This document shows positions 49,988 to 59,967 of a stretch of 63,221 nt of DNA, piece by piece; the stretch's first letter is position 1; the number at the start of each line of letters is the position of its first letter. The translations under genes and the position numbers were made by a program. Origin of the DNA: an uncultured Rubrivivax sp. (lineage in GTDB: Bacteria > Pseudomonadota > Gammaproteobacteria > Burkholderiales > Burkholderiaceae_C); NCBI GenBank assembly GCA_964477985.1, contig CAYZGL010000001.1, forward strand, positions 1 to 63,221, written 5' to 3'. Under the pieces are notes generated by a model. That model made no database searches and had not been told where the DNA came from. It saw only the letters and a program-made list of their open reading frames with translations.

Positions 49988-50925
49988 TCGTCACCGCCCT
50001 GGGCGGCAACGCGTTGCTCAAGCGCGGCGAGCCGATGACGGCGCACAACCAGCGCGAGAACGTGCGCATCGCCGCGCAGGCGCTGGCGCCGATCGCTGCC
50101 GAACACGACCTCGTCGTCGGCCACGGCAACGGCCCGCAGGTCGGGCTGCTGGCGCTGCAGGGCGCGGCCCTCGCCGACGTCGAAGCCTATCCGCTGGACG
50201 TGCTCGACGCCGAGACCGAAGGCGCGATCGGCTACATGATCGAGCAGGAGCTGGGCAACCTGCTGCCCTTCGAGCGGCCGTTCGCGACGCTGCTGACGAT
50301 GGTCGAGGTCGATCCCGCCGACCCGGCCTTCCGCAATCCCACCAAGTTCATCGGCCCGGTGTACGACCAGGCCGAGGCCGAGCGGCTGGCCGCCGACAAG
50401 GGCTGGGCGATCAAGCCCGACGGCGACAAGTGGCGGCGCGTGGTCGCCTCGCCCGAGCCCAAGCGCATCTTCGAGCTGCGGCCGATGAAGTGGCTGCTCG
50501 AAAAGCACACCATCGTCATCGCCGCCGGCGGCGGCGGCATCCCCACCGCCTACGACCCGAACGCCGAGCGCAAACTGGTCGGCGTGGAATGCGTGATCGA
50601 CAAGGACCTGGCGACCGAGCTGCTGGCGCGCGAACTGGGCGCCGACCTGTACGTGATGCTGACCGACGCCGACGCGGTGTACGAAGGCTGGGGCACCACA
50701 GCGCAGCGCGCGATCCGCCGTGCCTCGCCCGATGCCTTGAGCACGATGAAGTTCGCCGCCGGCTCGATGGGGCCGAAGGTCGAGGCCGCCTGCCGCTTCG
50801 CGCGTGCCACCGGCAAACGCGCGGCGATCGGCGAGCTGTCGCAGCTGTCGCAGATCCTTGCCGGCGAGGCCGGCACCACCGTCGACGTCGCTGCGCCCGG
50901 CGTGGTCTACGCCGGCGCCGGGTAG
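49981..50925 (+). CDS. arcC: Carbamate kinase
   Basis: [38 protein letters not shown]. Confidence 0.96.
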   Translation: MLIVTALGGNALLKRGEPMTAHNQRENVRIAAQALAPIAAEHDLVVGHGNGPQVGLLALQGAALADVEAYPLDVLDAETEGAIGYMIEQELGNLLPFERPFATLLTMVEVDPADPAFRNPTKFIGPVYDQAEAERLAADKGWAIKPDGDKWRRVVASPEPKRIFELRPMKWLLEKHTIVIAAGGGGIPTAYDPNAERKLVGVECVIDKDLATELLARELGADLYVMLTDADAVYEGWGTTAQRAIRRASPDALSTMKFAAGSMGPKVEAACRFARATGKRAAIGELSQLSQILAGEAGTTVDVAAPGVVYAGAG

Positions 50926-50949
50926 CGCGACCTCCCACCCCAGCACGCC

Positions 50950-51303
50950 ATGAACAAACTGCTGCACCTGAGCCTCGCCGCCGCCGTCGCGCTGCTGGCC
51001 GGCTGCGTCGTCGCGCCCTACCCCACGGCCTACCCCACCGGCGCAACGACGCCGCCGAGCTTCGACCGCTCGTGGGACGCCGCGCTCGGCGCCGCCGCCG
51101 ATGTCGGCATCCAGGTCACGAACGCCGACCGCGCCAGCGGCCGCATCAGCGGCACCAAGGCGGGCGCAGGCGTGACCATCGCGCTGCAGCCGCAGGCCGA
51201 CAACACGCTGAAGCTCAGCTTCGACGCGCCCGCCTCGAAGGAGGCCAACCCGACCCTCGGCGAGCGCTGGGCAGCCGCCTACAACCGCCGCATGGGGCGT
51301 TGA
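50950..51303 (+). CDS. Hypothetical lipoprotein
   Basis: Lipobox LAGC after a hydrophobic signal; 117 aa. Confidence 0.75.
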   Translation: MNKLLHLSLAAAVALLAGCVVAPYPTAYPTGATTPPSFDRSWDAALGAAADVGIQVTNADRASGRISGTKAGAGVTIALQPQADNTLKLSFDAPASKEANPTLGERWAAAYNRRMGR

Positions 51304-51568
51304 GGCACCGGCGCAGCGCTGAACGCACCGCCCGGGACGGTCCGTCACGACCCGATGCCGTGGTTGCCGCCCTTGCCGCCTTAGTCGCCGTCGCGCTGGG
51401 CCGTGCGTCGCGGACCGTGCTGGGCGTGGCGCCGCTGCGCGGGTCGCAGCGGGGGCCGCTGCGGGTGCCGCCGAGCCACACGATCGCTGCCGAAGATCTG
51501 CCTAAGCCGCGCGCTGACGCGGGTGCGGCCGCCGCCGGCCGGGCTTTGGCGGGCCACGGAAGCTGACG

Positions 51569-53206
51569 ATGCAAACCGCGCTGCGCCTCGACCTGATCGC
51601 CGGCCTCACCGCCGCCGCGGTGGTGCTGCCCAAGGCGATGGCCTACGCCACCGTCGCCGGCCTGCCGGTGGCGGTGGGCCTGTACACCGCCTGCGTGCCG
51701 ATGGTGGTCTACGCGCTGCTCGGCAGCTCGCGCGTGCTCAGCGTCAGCTCCACCGCGACGCTGGCGATCCTGGTGGGTGCGCAGCTCGGCGCGGTGGTGC
51801 CCGACGGCGACCCGGCGCGGCTGGCCGCGGCCACGGCCACGCTGGGCGCGCTGGTCGGCGCCCTGCTGATCGCAGCGCGGCTGCTGCGCCTGGGCTTCGT
51901 CGCCAACTTCATCTCGACGCCGGTGTTGACCGGCTTCAAGGCCGGCATCGGCCTGGTGATCGTGCTCGACCAGATACCGAAGCTGATCGGCGTGCACATC
52001 CACAAGCAGGGCTTCTTGCGCGATGTCATCGCGATCGCGCAGCAGCTGCCGGCCACGTCGTGGCTGACGCTGGCGGTGGCCGGCGCCAGCTTCGCGCTGC
52101 TGGTGGGCATGGAGCGCTGGAAGCCGCATTCGCCGGCACCGCTGCTCGCGGTGGGTCTGGCCATCGCCGCCGCGGCCTTGTTCGGCCTGCAGGGTGCCGG
52201 CGTGGCCACGGTCGGCGACATTCCGCGCGGCCTGCCGGCGCTGGTGCGGCCGCACGCGGGCCTGGTCGAGGCGCTGCTGCCGGGCGCGCTGGGCATCGCG
52301 TTGATGAGCTTCACCGAGACCATCGCCGCCGCGCGCGCCTTCGCCGCGCCGGGCGACCCGCCTGTCGATGCCAACCGCGAACTGGTGGCCACGGGTTGCG
52401 CGAACCTGGCCGGCGCGCTGCTCGGCGCGATGCCGGCCGGCGGCGGCACCTCGCAGACCGCGGTGGTACGCTCGGTGGGCGGGCGCTCGCAGCGCGCGTC
52501 GCTGGTCACCGCCGCGGCGGCGCTGGCCACGATGGGGCTGCTGGCGCCGCTGCTCGGGCTGCTGCCGCAGGCCACGCTGGCGGCCATCGTCATCGTCTAC
52601 TCGGTCGGGCTGGTCGACCCGGCCGAATTCCGCGCCATCCGCTCGGTGCGCACGATGGAATTCCGCTGGGCGCTTGCAGCCGCCTTCGGCGTGCTGGTGT
52701 TCGGCACGCTGCAGGGCATCGTCGCGGCGATCGTGCTGTCGATGATCGGGCTGTCGAGCCAGACGGCGCATCCGCGCGTGTCGGTGATCGGCCGCAAACG
52801 CGGCGCCGACGTGCTGCGGCCGCGGTCGAGCGAACACCCGGACGACGAGACCTTCCCCGGGCTGCTGGTCGTGCGTCCCGAAGGGCGGCTGTACTTCGCC
52901 AACGCGCAGTACGTGTACGAGCGCATCGACGCGCTGGTGGCCGAGCACCGGCCGCGCGTGCTGGCGCTGGACTTCAGCCGCGTGCCCGACATCGAATACT
53001 CGGCGCTGCAGCTGCTGGCCGAGGCCGAGCGCCGGCACGCCGCAGCGGGGGTCGCGGTCTGGCTCGCCGGGCTGAACCCGGGCGTGCTCGAAGTCGTGCG
53101 CAGCAGCGGGCTCGAGCGCCGGTTCGGACGCGAGCGTGTGCTGTTCAATGCGCGCGCGGCGATCGCGCGCTACCTGACAATGACGAACGACACCCCGCAA
53201 CGCTGA
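51569..53206 (+). CDS. SulP/SLC26 anion transporter with STAS domain
   Basis: DLIAGLT...PKAMAYA..AGLP...GLY; LYFANA; STAS C-terminus. Confidence 0.92.
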   Translation: MQTALRLDLIAGLTAAAVVLPKAMAYATVAGLPVAVGLYTACVPMVVYALLGSSRVLSVSSTATLAILVGAQLGAVVPDGDPARLAAATATLGALVGALLIAARLLRLGFVANFISTPVLTGFKAGIGLVIVLDQIPKLIGVHIHKQGFLRDVIAIAQQLPATSWLTLAVAGASFALLVGMERWKPHSPAPLLAVGLAIAAAALFGLQGAGVATVGDIPRGLPALVRPHAGLVEALLPGALGIALMSFTETIAAARAFAAPGDPPVDANRELVATGCANLAGALLGAMPAGGGTSQTAVVRSVGGRSQRASLVTAAAALATMGLLAPLLGLLPQATLAAIVIVYSVGLVDPAEFRAIRSVRTMEFRWALAAAFGVLVFGTLQGIVAAIVLSMIGLSSQTAHPRVSVIGRKRGADVLRPRSSEHPDDETFPGLLVVRPEGRLYFANAQYVYERIDALVAEHRPRVLALDFSRVPDIEYSALQLLAEAERRHAAAGVAVWLAGLNPGVLEVVRSSGLERRFGRERVLFNARAAIARYLTMTNDTPQR

Positions 53207-53233
53207 ACCCCTGCGCACGACGAGGACCCGACC

Positions 53234-54691
53234 ATGGCCAGCCGCAACCGACGCAAGATCACCACCACCGCCACCGCCGCCACCGCCGCCACCGCCGCCA
53301 CCGACACCCCGGCCGCGGCCGCGAGCCGCTTCCACACCGCCGACGAGCGCCGCGCGCGCGGGCGCGCGTTGCGCGACGTGGTGGGGCGCTCCACGCATGC
53401 CGAATGGCAGGCCGGCGCGGGGCGGCGCGATCCGGTCGAACTGCTGCTGGGCACGAACGAAGGGCGCATGCCGGCGCTGATCCCGGTGCGCTTCGGCCGC
53501 ATGGCGGCGTCGCCCTTCGCCTTCTACCGCGGTGCGGCGGCGCTGATGGCCGCCGACCTGGCCACCACGCCAGCCACCGGCATCGTCGTGCAGGCCTGCG
53601 GCGACGCCCACCTGATGAACTTCGGCGGTTTCGCGACGCCCGAGCGCAACGTCATCTTCGACATCAACGACCTGGACGAGACGCTGCCCGCGCCGTGGGA
53701 ATGGGACCTGAAGCGCCTGGCGGCCAGCGTGGTGATCGCCGCGCAGCACCAGCGCCTGGCCGACAGCGAGGCCGCGCGCGCGGCGCGCGACATGGCGCGC
53801 GAGTACCGCGAGCGCATGACCGACTACGCGGCGATGCGCGTGCTCGACGTCTGGTACGACCGCATCGACCTGCAGCGCTACCAGGACCGCTCCGCCGACC
53901 CGGCGGTGATGGAAGAGGTGCGCAAGCGCCTGGAGGAGCGCATCGAGGAGGCACAGCGCAAGTCGGTGCCGGACCACCTGTTCCCGAAGCTGACCGAACT
54001 GCAGGGCGAGCACCACCGCATCAAGGACGAGCCGCCGCTGATCTTCCATCCGGACGAGACGATCGCGCCGGGGCTGCGCGACGGCTTCGCAAAGTCGATC
54101 GCGGCCTACCGCGAATCGCTGCCCGAACAGGTGCGCACGCTGTTCGACCGCTACCACTTCTGCGACATGGCGATCAAGGTGGTGGGGGTCGGCAGCGTCG
54201 GCACCTACTGCGCCGTAGGGCTGTTCATGGCCGAAGAGAACGACCCGCTGTTCCTGCAGATCAAGGAGGCGCGGGCCTCGGTGCTGGAGCCTTATGCCGG
54301 CAAGAGCCTGTACCCCAACCACGGCCAGCGGGTGATCGTCGGCCAGCGGCTGATGCAGTCGGCCAGCGATGTGTTCCTCGGCTGGACCGTGGGCGAAAGC
54401 GGCCGCCACTTCTATGTGCGCCAGCTGCGCGACCTGAAGATGTCGGTGGTCATCGAGGACTGGGACTTCGGCCTGCTGCGCCAGTACGCGCGCATGTGTG
54501 CGCACGCGCTGGCGCGGGCCCATGCGCGCTCGGGCGACGCCGCGCTGATTTCGGGCTACGCCGGCTCGGGCCAGACGCTGGACGACGCGATCGCCGACTT
54601 CGCGGTCGCCTACAGCGACCAGAACCGCGCCGACTACCGCGCCTTCGTCAAGGCGGTGCGGCAGGGCCGCATCGAGGTCGTCGCCGAGTGA
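53234..54691 (+). CDS. DUF2252 family protein (kinase-like fold)
   Basis: SPFAFYRG, CGDAHLMNFG, FDINDLDE, WEWDLKRL, VVGVGSVG, YVRQLRD, ARAHARSGD. Confidence 0.85.
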   Translation: MASRNRRKITTTATAATAATAATDTPAAAASRFHTADERRARGRALRDVVGRSTHAEWQAGAGRRDPVELLLGTNEGRMPALIPVRFGRMAASPFAFYRGAAALMAADLATTPATGIVVQACGDAHLMNFGGFATPERNVIFDINDLDETLPAPWEWDLKRLAASVVIAAQHQRLADSEAARAARDMAREYRERMTDYAAMRVLDVWYDRIDLQRYQDRSADPAVMEEVRKRLEERIEEAQRKSVPDHLFPKLTELQGEHHRIKDEPPLIFHPDETIAPGLRDGFAKSIAAYRESLPEQVRTLFDRYHFCDMAIKVVGVGSVGTYCAVGLFMAEENDPLFLQIKEARASVLEPYAGKSLYPNHGQRVIVGQRLMQSASDVFLGWTVGESGRHFYVRQLRDLKMSVVIEDWDFGLLRQYARMCAHALARAHARSGDAALISGYAGSGQTLDDAIADFAVAYSDQNRADYRAFVKAVRQGRIEVVAE

Positions 54692-54709
54692 CGGCGCGGC
54701 GGCGCATCG

Positions 54710-55363
54710 TCACGCCGCGCCGGGCGGCGCGTGCAGGTTGTGCCACAGGATGTAAAGGCTGACCAGCAGCACCCACAGCGGGAAGCTCAGCAGCATCCAT
54801 TCGACGTAGCGGTTGTTGAAGACCAGCGTCAGCGCGATCGCATAGCCCAGCAAGGCGATCCAGCGCGCCAGGAAGCGCGTGCGCAGCGCGACCGTGGAGA
54901 TGACCATCATGAACACCGCCGCCATCTTCAAGGCATAGATGTTGACGATCTCGTAGACGATGGCGCGCGCAAAGGCGAAGGTCGGCGATCCGGCGAACCG
55001 GCCCGGTTCGGCCGCGTGCAGCAGCATGATGCCGCCGGCGATCGCCGCCGAGACGAACATCATGGCCAGGAACAGCAGCCCGCTGCCGAGGAACACGGTG
55101 GCGAACAGCCGGTCCTCGTGTGCGCCCAGGCGGTCGCGCAGCACGCCGATGAACCACAGGAAGGCAATGCCGGACAACGGCACCAGGTTCATGGCCAGCG
55201 CGACCAGCGGCGCGCGCGTCGACAGCCAGGCGCCGGCCTCGCGCGGATCGGCCGGCACCGACAGGCGCACCAGCACCACGCTGACGATCAGCAGCACCGA
55301 GAACAGGATGCCCGCTACGGCGGCGGCCCGGGGTGCCTTCAGCGTGGTGTCGGTCGCGGCCAT
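54710..55363 (-). CDS. Hypothetical membrane protein
   Basis: About 5-6 hydrophobic segments; conserved-looking FLWFIGVLRDRLG..EDR.FATVFLGSG. Confidence 0.7.
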   Translation of the reverse strand: MAATDTTLKAPRAAAVAGILFSVLLIVSVVLVRLSVPADPREAGAWLSTRAPLVALAMNLVPLSGIAFLWFIGVLRDRLGAHEDRLFATVFLGSGLLFLAMMFVSAAIAGGIMLLHAAEPGRFAGSPTFAFARAIVYEIVNIYALKMAAVFMMVISTVALRTRFLARWIALLGYAIALTLVFNNRYVEWMLLSFPLWVLLVSLYILWHNLHAPPGAA

Positions 55364-55486
55364 CGCTTCAGGCAGGACGGCGGACGTTGATCGTTTGCGG
55401 CCGGCGACGGCACCGCATGCAACTGCCCGTCACCGGGCATGCGGCCTGAGGACGCGCCAGCATCGGCCGCCATCGCCGCGTCGTCA

Positions 55487-56152
55487 TCATCCCCCCAACG
55501 CGATCACGATCGCCTCGACGGCGACGCCGAGCAGCACCATCGCCAATCCGGTGCGCCACGCCTTCATGCCGGCGTAGCGGCCCCAGCCGCAGCCGCACAC
55601 ATAGAGCATGCCGATGGCCACCGCGGCCGACGCGCGCTTGGCGACGGCCGCATCGGCGATGAAGACGAAGGGCAGCACCACCGGGAAGGTCGACAGGAAG
55701 ACCAGCAGGAACACGGCGCAGGCGCCCTTCAGGTCGGCCCGCGTGACGGCCACTGTGGGCCCAGCCGACGCCGGATGGGCGACGATCCATTGGCGGATGC
55801 GCTCGAGTTCCGCCGGGCCCAGCGCGCCGGCCAGCGGCCCGATCTGGTCGGCGATGAGGCCGTGCGCCTGCCCCGGCGGCGATGCGTCGCGCAGCGCCGC
55901 CAGCAGCGCCGCCTTGCGACCGCGTGCGACCAGGTTGCGCAGCACGTACATCACGCCGTCGACGAAGCCCCAGGCGAGGTTGCAGCCGATCGCGGCGACC
56001 AGCATGTCGCGCACCTCGTCGCGGCCGGCGTCGATCACGCTCAGCGTGCCGGTGAAGGTCAGCACCATGAACAGGCCGAACAGCACCTCCGAGATGCGAT
56101 CGATCGGGTCGAGGATGCGGGGCTCGCCGCTCCCGGCGCTGGCGTCGGCCAT
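55487..56152 (-). CDS. VIT1/CCC1-like membrane protein
   Basis: LDPIDRISEVLFG, GCNLAWG..DG.MY, STFPVVLPF; TM pattern. Confidence 0.65.
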   Translation of the reverse strand: MADASAGSGEPRILDPIDRISEVLFGLFMVLTFTGTLSVIDAGRDEVRDMLVAAIGCNLAWGFVDGVMYVLRNLVARGRKAALLAALRDASPPGQAHGLIADQIGPLAGALGPAELERIRQWIVAHPASAGPTVAVTRADLKGACAVFLLVFLSTFPVVLPFVFIADAAVAKRASAAVAIGMLYVCGCGWGRYAGMKAWRTGLAMVLLGVAVEAIVIALGG

Positions 56153-56162
56153 GTGCGATCGC

Positions 56163-56723
56163 CTACCCCGGCGCGGCCGCGCCGCCCAGGTCCAGCGTCA
56201 GCTGCACCGTCTGGCCGCTGCGCCGCGATTGCATCGGCGCGGCGCAGCGCTTGAACACCCTCAGCATCGCGGCATTGCCGGCCAGCACCTCGGCCTTGAA
56301 GCGCGTGATGCCGTGGCGCCGCGCGATCTCGGCCAGCACGGCGAGCAGCCGCCCGGCCAGGCCCTGGCCTTGAAAGTCCTCCTCGATGGTGAACGCCACC
56401 TCGGCCTCGCGCACGCCGTCGGCCGCGGTGTCGGCGACGTAGGTCGCACTGCCGATGACGGTTTCGTCCTCACCCGTGCCCAGTGTTGCCACCAGCGCGG
56501 CCAGACGCACCAGGTCGATGCGGTCGAGGCGGTCCAGCGGGCCTTGCGGCAGTTCCTTGCGGTAGCCGAAGAAGCGCGTGTAGACCGACTGCCGGTCGAG
56601 CCTGGCAAAGGCGTCGACCAGGCGCTGCTTGTCGTCGGGGCGCATCAGCCGGATCGTCGCCATGCGGCCGTCGCGCAAGGGGGCCGTGTGCTCGAAGCGA
56701 CAGTCGTCGTCGTGGGCATCCAT
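56163..56723 (-). CDS. GNAT family N-acetyltransferase
   Basis: AGGAG RBS; AEVAF...FQGQGLA motif A; N..ML..F. Confidence 0.85.
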   Translation of the reverse strand: MDAHDDDCRFEHTAPLRDGRMATIRLMRPDDKQRLVDAFARLDRQSVYTRFFGYRKELPQGPLDRLDRIDLVRLAALVATLGTGEDETVIGSATYVADTAADGVREAEVAFTIEEDFQGQGLAGRLLAVLAEIARRHGITRFKAEVLAGNAAMLRVFKRCAAPMQSRRSGQTVQLTLDLGGAAAPG

Positions 56724-56753
56724 CGGTTTGGCTCCTGCGCCGCCGGCCGCGGC

Positions 56754-56794
56754 TTGCTGCATCGCAATATCCGCAGCCCCGCCACGGCAATAAT
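56754..56794 (+). promoter_or_regulatory. FNR/FixK-like box with class II spacing upstream of the DUF3141 operon
   Basis: TTGCT-GCAT-CGCAA (56754-56767) versus consensus TTGAT-N4-ATCAA; AATAAT at 56789-56794, 21 bp downstream. Confidence 0.55.
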
Positions 56795-56848
56795 GCGCAT
56801 TGTTGCAGTCCGGCGCCGCGCTGCGCCCACGCCCCCGAGGACCCTTCG

Positions 56849-59035
56849 ATGACCCAAGCCTTCGCCGCCCCCTGGGCCTGGCCGCAGACCCTCAGCGACT
56901 ACTGGATCGACGCCTGGCAGCGCACGGTGCTGACCTGGGACGTGCTGCGCCAGCGCGGCAACCAGTACCTCGAGCACGAGGAATCCGGCCAGCCGCCGGT
57001 GCTGGTGTTCGACTACGACATGGTGCTGGACGCGCGCAGCTTCGCCAAACCGGCCAACTACGCGCTGGTGCGCATCCGCCCGCCCGCCGGCTGCCCGGTG
57101 GCCGACGCGGCCAAACGGCCCTTCGTGATCATCGACCCGCGCGCCGGCCACGGCCCGGGCATCGGCGGCTTCAAGATCGACAGCGAAATCGGCATCGCGC
57201 TGAAGCACGGCCACCCCTGCTACTTCGTGATGTTCTTCCCGCAGCCGGTGCCGGGGCAGACCATCGAGTCGGTGTGCGCGGCCGAGGTGCAGTTCCTGCG
57301 CCACGTGGGCGAGCTGCACCGCCAGGCCGACAAACCCTTCGTCATCGGCAACTGCCAGGGCGGCTGGGCGCTGCTGATGGCGGCCGCGCTGGCGCCCGAC
57401 GCGGTGGGCCCGCTGCTGCTGGCCGGCTCGCCGATCAGCTACTGGGCCGGCGTCGAGGGCAAGAACCCGATGCGTTATTCGGGCGGCCTGCTCGGCGGCA
57501 GCTGGATGGCGTCGCTGGCCGGCGACATCGGCCACGGCGTCTTCGACGGCGCGTATCTGGTCAACAACTTCGAGAACCTGAACCCGTCCAACACGTACTG
57601 GAGCAAGCTGTACAACCTGTACGCCAAGGTCGACACCGAAGGCGAACGCTTCCTCGAGTTCGAGAAGTGGTGGGGCGGCCACTACCTGATGAACAAGGAA
57701 GAGATGGAGTGGATCTCGCAGAACCTGTTCGTCGGCAACAAGCTGGCCAGCGGCCAGGTCGAGTCCTTCGACGGCAAGCACCGCGTCGACCTGCGCAACA
57801 TCCGCACGCCGATCGTCGTGTTCGCCTCGTGGGGCGACAACATCACGCCGCCGCAGCAGGCGCTGAACTGGATCGCCGACCTGTACGACAGCGTCGACGA
57901 CATCCGGCTGAACGAGCAGACCATCGTCTACTGCCTGCACGAGAAGATCGGGCATCTGGGCATCTTCGTGTCGGCCGGCATCGCCCAGCGCGAGACCGCC
58001 GAGCTGGCCAGCGCGCTCGAGCTGATCGACACCTTGCCGCCGGGGCTGTACGAGGCGCAGATCCAGGACACCACGCCCGACATGCCGGGGCTCGAGTACG
58101 TCGAAGGCCGCTACCTGATCCAGTTCGCACCGCGCAGCATCGACGACATCCTGGCGCTGGACGACGGCCGCGGCGACGAGCGCGCCTTCGAGGTCGCGCA
58201 CCGCGTGTCGCAGATCAACCAGCAGCTGTACGACCGCTTCGCCTCGCCGGTGGTCAAGGCGATGTCCAGCGAGCCGCTGGCACGCGCATTGCGCGAAGCC
58301 AACCCGGCGCGCCTGGAGCGCTGGCTGTTCAGCGGGCGCAACCCGGCGATGGGCTGGCTCGAGGCGGTGGCCGACGCCGTGCGCGCGCAGCGCCAGCCGG
58401 TGGCGGCCGACAACCCGCTGCGGCAGGCCGAGCAGGCGATGTCGGCGCACATCGAGCAGTCGCTGGACCAGTACCGCGATGCGCGCGACGAGATGGCCGA
58501 GCGCATGTTCAAGGCGATCTACGAGTCGCCCTGGCTGGCGGCGGCGGTCGGCATCGACGCACAACACGCCGGCCGCCGCGGCGCGCGCGCGGCCCGCTGG
58601 GAACACGGCGAGCTGAAGCGCATGAAGCGCAAGGAAGCCGACGCGCAGTTCGAACAGGGCACGCCGCTGGACGCCTGGGCGCGGCTGCTGCTGTACGTGG
58701 GGCGCGAGGAGAAGGTGGTCGACGAGCGGCCGTACAACCTGATGCAGCAGCTGGTGCAGCAGATGAAGCCCGCCAACGCACCCACGCCGGCGGCGCTGAA
58801 AGCCGCGATCAAACGCCAGGCCTTCGTGTTGGCGCTGGACGAGCAGCGCGCCATCGCCGCGTTGCCGAAGCTGGCGCCCGACATGGACGAACGCCGCCGC
58901 GGTTGCGCCGCCGCGCGCAGCGTGATCGCCGCCCGCGGCGAACCCACCGCCTACCAGGAACAACGCCTGCGCCACGTGGCCGGCGTGCTCGGCCTGGATG
59001 AACCCCAACCGCTGCGCGCGCGCAAGTCGGCATGA
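56849..59035 (+). CDS. DUF3141 family alpha/beta-hydrolase (PHA synthase/depolymerase-like, Cys nucleophile box)
   Basis: DPRAGHGPGIGGFK, GNCQGG, GDNITPP, GHLGIFVS. Confidence 0.85.
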   Translation: MTQAFAAPWAWPQTLSDYWIDAWQRTVLTWDVLRQRGNQYLEHEESGQPPVLVFDYDMVLDARSFAKPANYALVRIRPPAGCPVADAAKRPFVIIDPRAGHGPGIGGFKIDSEIGIALKHGHPCYFVMFFPQPVPGQTIESVCAAEVQFLRHVGELHRQADKPFVIGNCQGGWALLMAAALAPDAVGPLLLAGSPISYWAGVEGKNPMRYSGGLLGGSWMASLAGDIGHGVFDGAYLVNNFENLNPSNTYWSKLYNLYAKVDTEGERFLEFEKWWGGHYLMNKEEMEWISQNLFVGNKLASGQVESFDGKHRVDLRNIRTPIVVFASWGDNITPPQQALNWIADLYDSVDDIRLNEQTIVYCLHEKIGHLGIFVSAGIAQRETAELASALELIDTLPPGLYEAQIQDTTPDMPGLEYVEGRYLIQFAPRSIDDILALDDGRGDERAFEVAHRVSQINQQLYDRFASPVVKAMSSEPLARALREANPARLERWLFSGRNPAMGWLEAVADAVRAQRQPVAADNPLRQAEQAMSAHIEQSLDQYRDARDEMAERMFKAIYESPWLAAAVGIDAQHAGRRGARAARWEHGELKRMKRKEADAQFEQGTPLDAWARLLLYVGREEKVVDERPYNLMQQLVQQMKPANAPTPAALKAAIKRQAFVLALDEQRAIAALPKLAPDMDERRRGCAAARSVIAARGEPTAYQEQRLRHVAGVLGLDEPQPLRARKSA

Positions 59036-59967
59036 GCCACGACAAATACCAGCGCCTGGTCGACGCGGCCAAGGCGCTGCAGCCGGTGGCCACCGCGGTG
59101 GCCCACCCCTGCGACGCCAGTTCGCTCAGCGGCGCGCTCGATGCCGCCAGGCTCGGGCTGATCGTGCCGATCCTGGTCGGGCCGAAGGCGAAGATCGAGG
59201 CGGTGGCCCGCGCCGCCGGGCTCGACCTCGCGCCCTGCGAGCTCGTCGATGCGCCGCACAGCCACGCCGCCGCGGCCAAAGCGGTCGAACTGGTGCGCTC
59301 GGGGCGCGCCGAAGCCTTGATGAAGGGCAGCCTGCACACCGACGAACTGATGGCCGCGGTGGTGCGCAAGGACACCGGGCTGCGCACCGCGCGGCGCATC
59401 AGCCACTGCTTCGTGATGGACGTGCCCGCGTACCCCGATGCGCTGATCATCTCCGACGCCGCCGTGAACATCGCGCCGACGCTGCAGGACAAGGCCGACA
59501 TCGTGCAAAACGCCATCGACCTGGCGCATGCGCTGCACTTCGAGCAGGTGCGCGTGGCGATCCTGTCGGCGATGGAGACCGTCAACCCGCAGGTGCCGTC
59601 GACGATCGAGGCGGCGGCGCTGTGCAAGATGGCCGAGCGCGGCCAGATCCACGGCGCGGTGCTCGACGGCCCGCTGGCGCTGGACAACGCGATCAGCCTC
59701 GAGGCGGCGCAGATCAAGCGCATCGACTCGCCGGTGGCCGGGCGCGCCAACGTGCTGATCGTGCCCGACCTCGAGGCCGGCAACATGCTGGCCAAGAGCC
59801 TGACGTTCCTGGCCGGCGCCGACTGCGCCGGCATCGTGCTCGGCGCGCGCGTGCCGATCATCCTGACCAGCCGCGCCGACACGGTGCTGGCGCGGCTGGC
59901 CTCATGCGCGGTGGCGGTGTTCGTCGCGCAGGCGCGGCGCGACAGCGCGGCCAAGGCGATCGCATGA
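59032..59967 (+). CDS. Phosphate acetyl/butyryltransferase
   Basis: LMKG, DAAVNIAP, DGPLALDNAIS, PDLEAGN, LTSRAD (Ptb-like, no MaoC domain). Confidence 0.9.
   Translation: MSHDKYQRLVDAAKALQPVATAVAHPCDASSLSGALDAARLGLIVPILVGPKAKIEAVARAAGLDLAPCELVDAPHSHAAAAKAVELVRSGRAEALMKGSLHTDELMAAVVRKDTGLRTARRISHCFVMDVPAYPDALIISDAAVNIAPTLQDKADIVQNAIDLAHALHFEQVRVAILSAMETVNPQVPSTIEAAALCKMAERGQIHGAVLDGPLALDNAISLEAAQIKRIDSPVAGRANVLIVPDLEAGNMLAKSLTFLAGADCAGIVLGARVPIILTSRADTVLARLASCAVAVFVAQARRDSAAKAIA

Noticed and set aside
51304-51568. Possible small ORF or structured RNA between the lipoprotein and SulP
   Set aside because: No convincing start/RBS or RNA family motif; only short GC hairpins
53273-53299. (ACCGCCGCC)x3 tandem repeat in the DUF2252 5' end
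   Set aside because: In-frame low-complexity Thr-Ala-Ala linker; unit length is a multiple of 3, so no phase variation
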